32,000 nucleotides of DNA from contig CP003263.1 in the NCBI GenBank assembly GCA_000331975.1, forward strand, positions 210,001-242,000, written 5' to 3'. The DNA is from Candidatus Uzinura diaspidicola str. ASNER (lineage in GTDB: Bacteria > Bacteroidota > Bacteroidia > Flavobacteriales > Blattabacteriaceae). The notes below the pieces were generated by a model, which saw only the letters and a program-made list of their open reading frames with translations, searched no databases and was not told the DNA's origin. Positions 25,280 to 32,000 of this stretch are shown here, one piece after another; position 1 is the stretch's first letter, and every line of letters starts with the position of its first letter. The translations under genes and the position numbers were made by a program.

Positions 25280-26923
25280 ATGATATATACTAACATCTCC
25301 ATAAATTTTATTGAAGAAATAATTCAAGAAGATATTAATAAAGGGTTTCCCAAAAAAAAACTTCGCTTCCGTTTCCCCCCTGAACCAAATGGTTATCTCC
25401 ATATAGGACACGCTAAGTCTATATGTTTGAACTTCGGATTAGCTAAAAAGTATAAAGCTTTCGTTAACTTAAGATTCGACGATACCAACCCAACAAAAGA
25501 AGAAAATATCTATGTTAACGCCATAAAAAATGATATTCAATGGCTAGGTTTTATCTGGGATAAAGAATGTTATGCTTCGGATTGCTTTGAAAAACTCTAT
25601 AAATGGGCCTTCCAATTTATCAAAGAAGGAAAGGCTTATATAGATGAACAACCCCAAGATATCATTCTTAAACAGAGAAAAACACCTTTCGAACCAGGAA
25701 TTGACAGCCCATATCGAACCCGTCCAGTAAGAGAAAGTTTAGTTTTATTTAAAAAGATGAAGGATGGAAAATTTGAAGAAGGAGAAGGCGTTCTCCGTGC
25801 AAAAATAAATATGAAGTCCGCAAATATGAATTTGCGAGATCCAATTATGTTTAGGATATTAAAAGTTATCCATCAAAAAACTAAAAATAAATGGGATGTC
25901 TATCCAATTTATGATTGGGCTCATGGTCAATCAGACTTTATAGAAAAAATATCGCACTCACTCTGTTCTCTAGAGTTTGAGAATCACAGGCCTCTTTACG
26001 AATGGTATTTAAAAAATATAAAAAAAAAAGAAAGATCTAAACAAATAGAATTTGCCAGACTAAATATAAGTGATACTATCATGAGCAAGCGCAAACTTTA
26101 TATTGTTATAAAGGATGGGTTCGTAGAAGATTGGGATGATCCACGTTTATCCTCTTTGAGAGGGTTAAGAAGGAAAGGATATACTCCAGAAAGCATACGA
26201 GATTTTTGCCATCGCATTGGTATTTCCAAACGAGATAATGTTATTAATTTAAAATTACTAGAATCTAGCATTAGAGAACAACTAAATAAAATAGCTATTA
26301 GAGTAATGGTTGTTCTGAATCCTTTAAAGCTTGTTATAGAAAATTATCCTGAAGATAAAATTGAATGGTTTCCGGCAGAAAACAACCAAGAATCTCAAAA
26401 ATCAGGAAAAAGAAAAATCCCTTTATCTAAAAAATTATATATTGAAAGAGAAGATTTTCTGGAAAAAGCAACTAAAACTTTTCATCGTTTAAGTATAGGA
26501 AAAGAGGTACGATTAAAAAACGCTTATATCATAAAAGGAACTGGATTTCTGAAGGAATCCACTGGAAATATTATTGAAATTAGTGCAGTCTATGACACTA
26601 AAAGTCAATCAGGTAGTGAATCATCTAGAAGAAAAATAAAATGTACGTTGCATTGGGTAGATGCAATACAAACTCTTGATATCGAAACAAGACAATATGA
26701 GCTATTATTTTCTTTAGAAGTTCCCGATGCAAAAAAATATTTTTTAAGATTTTTTAATCACCACTCATTAAAAATAGTTCACGGTTATGGAGAACCATTT
26801 CTAAGAAAAGTAAGGCCAGGGGAATTTTTTCAATTCCAACGAATAGGATATTTCTGTGTAGATCAAAAGAGTTCTAGTATTATTTTTAATAGAACTGTAA
26901 TACTTAGACAGTCCCACTTATAA
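25280..26923 (+). CDS. glnS: Glutaminyl-tRNA synthetase
   Basis: 547 aa. Class I HIGH motif (FPPEPNGYLHIGHAKS), a KMSKS variant (IMSKRKL), and GlnRS-type YDWAHGQSD and LRFDDTNP. Confidence 0.93.
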   Translation: MIYTNISINFIEEIIQEDINKGFPKKKLRFRFPPEPNGYLHIGHAKSICLNFGLAKKYKAFVNLRFDDTNPTKEENIYVNAIKNDIQWLGFIWDKECYASDCFEKLYKWAFQFIKEGKAYIDEQPQDIILKQRKTPFEPGIDSPYRTRPVRESLVLFKKMKDGKFEEGEGVLRAKINMKSANMNLRDPIMFRILKVIHQKTKNKWDVYPIYDWAHGQSDFIEKISHSLCSLEFENHRPLYEWYLKNIKKKERSKQIEFARLNISDTIMSKRKLYIVIKDGFVEDWDDPRLSSLRGLRRKGYTPESIRDFCHRIGISKRDNVINLKLLESSIREQLNKIAIRVMVVLNPLKLVIENYPEDKIEWFPAENNQESQKSGKRKIPLSKKLYIEREDFLEKATKTFHRLSIGKEVRLKNAYIIKGTGFLKESTGNIIEISAVYDTKSQSGSESSRRKIKCTLHWVDAIQTLDIETRQYELLFSLEVPDAKKYFLRFFNHHSLKIVHGYGEPFLRKVRPGEFFQFQRIGYFCVDQKSSSIIFNRTVILRQSHL

Positions 26924-28015
26924 TTCTAAAACATCGGAAACTTTTTCCCCGTTCATTAGAATTTCTAATGGGTTCTCTAATGCCTCTTTAACAGCTACTA
27001 AAAATCCAACAGATTCCCGGCCATCTATAATTCTGTGATCATAAGAAAGGGCAAGATACATGATGGGTCTAATTGTTATCTTTCTATCTAGAACTACTGG
27101 ACGATTTACTATATTGTGTAATCCTAAAATAGCGCTTTGAGGATGATTGATAATTGGAGTAGAAAACATAGAACCAAACAAGCCACCGTTGCTTATAGTA
27201 AAAGTGCCACCAGTAATTTCATCCACAGTAATTTTACCATTACGAGCCAGAAAGGCTAAACGTTTAAGTTCTTTTTCTATTTCTATAAACGAAAGAATAT
27301 CTGCATTTCTTACTACCGGCACCATCAGCCCTTTGGGGCTAGATACAGCAATACTTATATCATAAAAATGATAACAAATTTTTTCTTCTACATCAATAAT
27401 AGAATTAACGTCAGGATACATTTTAAGAGCTTGAACACAAGCTTTAGTAAAGAAAGATATAATCCCTAGATTTATACCATGACGCTTTTGAAAAGCTTCT
27501 TTATATTTTGCTCTTATTTCATTGATAGAACTCATATCCAATTCATTAAAAGTAGTAAGCATTGCTGTCTTATTTCTAGCGCTAACTAATCGCTCAGAAA
27601 GCTTACGACGAAGTTTGGAAAGCCTCTCTCTGTTAGAAGTACGAGAAATGCTAGAAGGATCATTTGTAATCCGCCTCTCTAGTCCAGAACCATTAGTAAT
27701 TAGATTTTTTTCATACAAAATCTTACTTGCTGATATATTTTCATGTTGTTGAGGTATTACGCTTTTTTTTGTTCTTTCCTTTGATGTATCAATCATACAG
27801 ATTATATCTCCTATTTGCAAAGTATCACCTGCCTTGGCTTTTAATTTTATTATTCCATTTTTCTCAGCTGTTAGCTCCAAAGTAGCTTTGTCAGAATCTA
27901 TCTCTACTATTGGTTGATCTTTTTCTACATAGTCACCCTCTTTAACAAGCCAAGAGGAAATTTCAACATCTTTGATAGATTCTCCTGGAGATGGTATTTT
28001 CATTTCGATTATCAT
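26918..28015 (-). CDS. sucB: 2-oxoglutarate dehydrogenase E2 (dihydrolipoyllysine succinyltransferase)
   Basis: 365 aa with a lipoyl domain (MIIEMKIPSPGESI...EIDSDKATLELTAE), a short E3-binding-like segment, and a catalytic domain with SYDHRIIDGRE. Its stop overlaps the glnS stop. Confidence 0.93.
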   Translation of the reverse strand: MIIEMKIPSPGESIKDVEISSWLVKEGDYVEKDQPIVEIDSDKATLELTAEKNGIIKLKAKAGDTLQIGDIICMIDTSKERTKKSVIPQQHENISASKILYEKNLITNGSGLERRITNDPSSISRTSNRERLSKLRRKLSERLVSARNKTAMLTTFNELDMSSINEIRAKYKEAFQKRHGINLGIISFFTKACVQALKMYPDVNSIIDVEEKICYHFYDISIAVSSPKGLMVPVVRNADILSFIEIEKELKRLAFLARNGKITVDEITGGTFTISNGGLFGSMFSTPIINHPQSAILGLHNIVNRPVVLDRKITIRPIMYLALSYDHRIIDGRESVGFLVAVKEALENPLEILMNGEKVSDVLEL

Positions 28016-28019
28016 ACTT

Positions 28020-30719
28020 TTATTTAAATACCCTATCTAAAATTTCTTCCTGTGTTCTTATAAAATTATGATAAGAACCACATGAAGAAGAAGCACTTTC
28101 TAATCTCGCTATCAATTCGAAATCAAATTTAGTACGTGAAATATATGGCCAAGCTCCCATATTTGCAGGCTCTTCTTGAACCCATAGCAATTTATCGTAA
28201 GTATCGTATTTTATCAAAATATTTTCTATACTTTTCGTGTTAATAGGATATAATTGTTCTAAACGAATAAGTGCAATATGATGCGCCTTAATATTTTCTC
28301 TTCTTTCAAAAAGTTCATAAAAAATCTTTCCTGAGCAAAAAACAAGCTTAGTTACTTCTTTTGAGGAAGAATTATGGTCGTCTATGATAGGTTGAAAACA
28401 ACCTATTGCTAAATCTTCAAGAGAGCAGATACAAAAAGGATGTCTTAGCAAACTTTTTGGCGTAAAAACAATAAGAGGCTTTCTAAAAGACCATTTTATC
28501 TGTCTTCTCAAAGCATGATAAAAATTAGATGGATTAATACAATTAATAATACACATATTGTCACGACCACAGAGCTGTAAAAAGCGCTCTATACGACCAG
28601 ACGAGTGGTCTGGTCCTTGTCCTTCATAACCGTGAGGTAAAAATATGACTAAGCCATTCTGCATTTTCCATTTATCTTCAGCAGCTGAAATATATTGATC
28701 TATAATAATCTGTGCTCCATTGCTAAAATCTCCGAATTGAGACTCCCAGATTGTTAGCGTTTTAGGAGAAGACAAAGCATAACCATAATCAAAACCCATA
28801 ACACCATATTCAGAAAGAGGAGAATTATATATTGCTAAAAAAGTTTGTTTTCTATTTATATGGTTTAGAGGTATATACTTTTCTTCCTTATTTTCTGTCT
28901 TTACTATTGCATGCCTATGCGAAAAAGTACCTCTCTCAACATCTTCACCAGATAATCGTACTTCAAATCCTTCATATAGTAAGCTTCCATAAGCTAGCAA
29001 TTCAGCCATTCCCCAATCAATAGATAGACCTTTTTCTATCATTTCGATCCTTTTATTAAAGAGTTTTTTTGTTTTTATATAAAATGTTAACTCTTTAGGC
29101 AAAGAAGTAATTTTTTTACCTATTTCATATAGCTTGTCAATAGAAAAGCTAGTATCTATCTTTTGAAAGAGAATATCAGGGTTAGGTCTGTGTAAGTTTA
29201 TCCACTCATCATTAAGAAAATAATCAATTTTATTGCATTCTCTAGAATGAGATATTTCGTAAACTAATTCTAGTTTATTTCTGAAATCTTCATTCTGTAT
29301 CAGATTGATTTCTCTAATTTGCTCATTATCAAGTTTTTTTTTATAGATATCTTTTGCATTGGGATGATTAGAAATCCTCTTATAAAGAGTTGGTTGTGTA
29401 AAATTAGGCTCATCTCCTTCATTATGGCCATATTTTCTATATCCTATTAGGTCAATAAAAACATCTTGTTTAAAATGCAGACGAAAATCTACAGCTATAT
29501 GAATAGCATGTATTACGGCTTCTACATCATCACCATTAATGTGTAATACTGGTGATAGTATTACTTTTGCTACATCAGTACAATAAGAACTAGAACGTCC
29601 ATCGGTATAATTAGTAGTAAAGCCAATCTGATTGTTTACAATAATATGTATGGTTCCACCAGAATGATATCCGAAAAGCTGAGACATTTGCACTATTTCA
29701 TATATAATACCTTGTCCTGAAATAGCAGCATCTCCATGAATAAGAATGGGTAAAAGTTTTTTATAGTTGCCACAAAAACTATGATCTATATTTGCTCTTG
29801 CTATGCCTTCTACTACAGAATTTACAGATTCAAGATGGGAAGGATTAGGTGAAAGTATCATTCTTACTATTTTTCCCTTACTATTATTTCTTATAGTAGT
29901 AACACCTAAATGATATTTTACATCTCCTGCAAATCCAATTTCTTCATATTCATTGCTATTGAATTCACTAAACATTTCTGAAAGATCTTTCTTGAAAATA
30001 TTAGCCAAGACGTTTATTCTACCTCTATGAGCCATTCCGACAACCAATTCTTCTACTGAATAAGTTACTGAGGCATATTCTAAAAGTTCTTCTATTGCTG
30101 GAAGCAAAGTTTCATTCCCTTCTATTGAAAAGATTTTTTTACCTGCAAATTTTGTATGTAAGTAATTTTCAAATACGATTGTCTCATTAAGTTTTTTCAG
30201 TAAGTTTAGTTTATTTTCTCTAGATATAGAAGGATGGTTATCATTTTTATTGATACGATTTTGAATCCAAGCTATTCGCTCTGGCGAGTTTATGTGTAAA
30301 TATTCTATTCCAAGAGATTTACAATAAGTAGCTTTAAGACTATCTAAAATAGTAGAAAGTGTACAAGGCTTCTTGTTAAGTAGCTTAGCTGCTTGAAAAA
30401 CTTTTGTCTGATCTCCAGAGCTAAGACCAAATTCTTCTATGTCAAGATTAATATCAGTATGCTTACTGATAATAGGGTTTGTTATAGAAAAAATATGTCC
30501 TATACTTCTATAGGCTTCAATTAATGATATTACCTGAAATTCTTTAAAAATATTATTTTCAAATACGGAAGATGATATAGAATGTGCTGTTCCAAAATCA
30601 AATCCCTGAAAAAAAGCCATCCAACTAGGATCTAGACATTCTGGTAAATGAATATATTTTTGATAAAGTTCTTCAATCAGTTTTGGATGTAAAGCATTTA
30701 GAAAAGAGTATTTTTCCAT
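28020..30719 (-). CDS. sucA: 2-oxoglutarate dehydrogenase E1 component
   Basis: 899 aa with E1o motifs (MAHRGRINVLAN, IHGDAAISGQGI, GYRKYGHNEGDEP, WESQFGDFSNGAQ, LPHGYEGQGPDHSS). It lies 4 nt upstream of sucB. Confidence 0.95.
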   Translation of the reverse strand: MEKYSFLNALHPKLIEELYQKYIHLPECLDPSWMAFFQGFDFGTAHSISSSVFENNIFKEFQVISLIEAYRSIGHIFSITNPIISKHTDINLDIEEFGLSSGDQTKVFQAAKLLNKKPCTLSTILDSLKATYCKSLGIEYLHINSPERIAWIQNRINKNDNHPSISRENKLNLLKKLNETIVFENYLHTKFAGKKIFSIEGNETLLPAIEELLEYASVTYSVEELVVGMAHRGRINVLANIFKKDLSEMFSEFNSNEYEEIGFAGDVKYHLGVTTIRNNSKGKIVRMILSPNPSHLESVNSVVEGIARANIDHSFCGNYKKLLPILIHGDAAISGQGIIYEIVQMSQLFGYHSGGTIHIIVNNQIGFTTNYTDGRSSSYCTDVAKVILSPVLHINGDDVEAVIHAIHIAVDFRLHFKQDVFIDLIGYRKYGHNEGDEPNFTQPTLYKRISNHPNAKDIYKKKLDNEQIREINLIQNEDFRNKLELVYEISHSRECNKIDYFLNDEWINLHRPNPDILFQKIDTSFSIDKLYEIGKKITSLPKELTFYIKTKKLFNKRIEMIEKGLSIDWGMAELLAYGSLLYEGFEVRLSGEDVERGTFSHRHAIVKTENKEEKYIPLNHINRKQTFLAIYNSPLSEYGVMGFDYGYALSSPKTLTIWESQFGDFSNGAQIIIDQYISAAEDKWKMQNGLVIFLPHGYEGQGPDHSSGRIERFLQLCGRDNMCIINCINPSNFYHALRRQIKWSFRKPLIVFTPKSLLRHPFCICSLEDLAIGCFQPIIDDHNSSSKEVTKLVFCSGKIFYELFERRENIKAHHIALIRLEQLYPINTKSIENILIKYDTYDKLLWVQEEPANMGAWPYISRTKFDFELIARLESASSSCGSYHNFIRTQEEILDRVFK

Positions 30720-30734
30720 GTTTACACAACAATC

Positions 30735-32000
30735 CTATAGATAAAAATCTGTTTCATTCCAACTATGAACTAATTTTAAAGCCTCAGTTAACTTACTTAT
30801 AGTTTTTACCTTTGTCATAGATAGTCCTTTATTATCATTTTCGCAATGAATCATAGTAGATACTTTTTTAAGTATCTTAAAAGCACTCACGCCATATATA
30901 TCTATAAGTTTATCAGAAATGGCTACACAAATAAACTCATCAAAAACGCTACCAATAATAATTATTATTTCTGTATTTTGTATACGTAATGCTAAAGCAA
31001 TAGTTTTTAATCCTCTTACATCTAAAGATGTTTTTTCACATATTAGAATATAATGATTATGGTACTTTGCTTTTAACACCCATGCTGTTTTTAGACGTTG
31101 AATTTCTTTTAATATCAATGCTTCTATCTTAGATAGATAAATTTTATTATCTTGTCGCATAATTTGAATAGATTTAATAGGATTAGATGACCTATTCATT
31201 TCTTCAATTATTATTTGATAAGACTCTTGAGTCTTATTCAAGAATTTGATAGCAAACTTTGAAGTAATAGCTTCAATTCTACGAATACCTGATCCAACAT
31301 AATGTTCTGAAATAATCTTGAAACTCCCTATTTCTCTAGTACTTTTTATATGAAGACCTCTACATAATTCAACTATAGGACCAAAGCGAATACTTCTTAC
31401 TTTTTCACTATCTTTATCAATAGAATTGGGAAGTGATATGCTTTCTTTTAAGGGCAGATCTTGATAAATCATTTCTTGAACCACACCCTCTATATTTTGT
31501 ATATGATGAAAAGTAAGTTTTTTAGGGTATAAAAAATCAACCCTCAGACTGTCTTGTCGAGCATATGAATCAGTTTTGGTAACATCATTTAAAATTATGC
31601 TAATAGCATAATGTAATAAATGAGTTGCACTATGATTTTTTTCTATGCTCTTTCTTCTAAACTTATTTACTGTAGCTTGAAAAGCTTTTTCTGGTGATTG
31701 AGGAATACTATTTGCAATATGTAGGAAGATTCTGTTCTCTTTTTTGGTATCTATTATAGATATTTTTTCTTTTTCATTCTCTATAACTCCTTTGTCTCCT
31801 ACTTGTTCCGTTTCTTTATAAAACGGGGTTGTAGTAAAAACAATATGATAATAAATACTTCTGTTTTTTTTTACACGTCTATATTTAGAAAGGTGTACAT
31901 ATAGACTCAACTTATCATAAACAACAAAATCTTCAATAGAATTCGTTTCTTTAATAATGGTCCAATCATCTGTTTGAAAAGTACTTGCATTTCTAGAGCG
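30735..32000 (-). CDS. alaS: Alanyl-tRNA synthetase, 5' end outside the window
   Basis: The minus-strand frame is open all the way to nt 32000 (RSRNASTFQTDDWTIIKETNSIEDFVVYDK precedes the ORF-track TTG at 31910). It contains TPFYKETEQVGDKG (cf. AlaRS FYAExGGQxGDxG), the editing-domain motif NHSATHLLH, GIRRIEAIT, and a C-terminal C-Ala-like region. Confidence 0.9.
   Translation of the reverse strand, partial: RSRNASTFQTDDWTIIKETNSIEDFVVYDKLSLYVHLSKYRRVKKNRSIYYHIVFTTTPFYKETEQVGDKGVIENEKEKISIIDTKKENRIFLHIANSIPQSPEKAFQATVNKFRRKSIEKNHSATHLLHYAISIILNDVTKTDSYARQDSLRVDFLYPKKLTFHHIQNIEGVVQEMIYQDLPLKESISLPNSIDKDSEKVRSIRFGPIVELCRGLHIKSTREIGSFKIISEHYVGSGIRRIEAITSKFAIKFLNKTQESYQIIIEEMNRSSNPIKSIQIMRQDNKIYLSKIEALILKEIQRLKTAWVLKAKYHNHYILICEKTSLDVRGLKTIALALRIQNTEIIIIIGSVFDEFICVAISDKLIDIYGVSAFKILKKVSTMIHCENDNKGLSMTKVKTISKLTEALKLVHSWNETDFYL

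Noticed and set aside
1-32000. Search for mobile elements, prophage, defence, toxin-antitoxin or secretion-system genes.
   Set aside because: Every ORF over 60 codons that is not a shadow ORF is assignable to core metabolism or information processing. I noticed no integrase, transposase or nuclease-type motifs, and no long inverted or direct repeats bracketing a region.

Overview
This window is visibly AT-rich and very compact. It holds 21 protein-coding genes (two cut by the window edges), 2 tRNAs, 1 decayed pseudogene and 3 short-unit tandem-repeat arrays. I see no transposase or integrase, no CRISPR, and no toxin-antitoxin or defence-type genes. Several traits point to a reduced-genome, Flavobacteriia-derived obligate (probably insect) endosymbiont: a Bacteroidetes-style arginine cluster with a GNAT domain and an argF'-type transcarbamylase, GlnRS, a small DUF2795-like gene beside secA, start/stop overlaps at most gene junctions, and long in-frame poly-A runs. 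That taxonomic statement is inference; no search was run. Layout on the + strand: pta (5' partial)-ackA-dnaE-[GNAT::argG-argC-argD-carA-carB-argF'-argB]-trxA-tRNA-Asp-ilvD-ilvB-ilvC-prfB. Next comes a 1.65-kb ORF-free stretch (22805-24459), which is a heavily eroded secA pseudogene on the - strand carrying three perfect 10/10/11-bp tandem arrays. After it come a DUF2795-like gene and tRNA-CAU (-), rbfA-glnS (+), and sucB-sucA-alaS (5' partial) (-). I do not see a convincing new multi-gene system. The observations most worth a second look are: (1) the dead secA; (2) the mismatch-free, helical-period repeat arrays inside it; (3) a single-ORF GNAT::ArgG fusion at the head of a fused arginine/carbamoyl-phosphate operon; (4) a dnaE whose conserved PHP N-terminus lies upstream of any canonical start codon and downstream of an in-frame TAA; (5) a transcarbamylase with Gln at the acyl-specificity position; (6) a thioredoxin with a CNPC active site. 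All homology calls were made by eye against remembered family motifs and need database confirmation.
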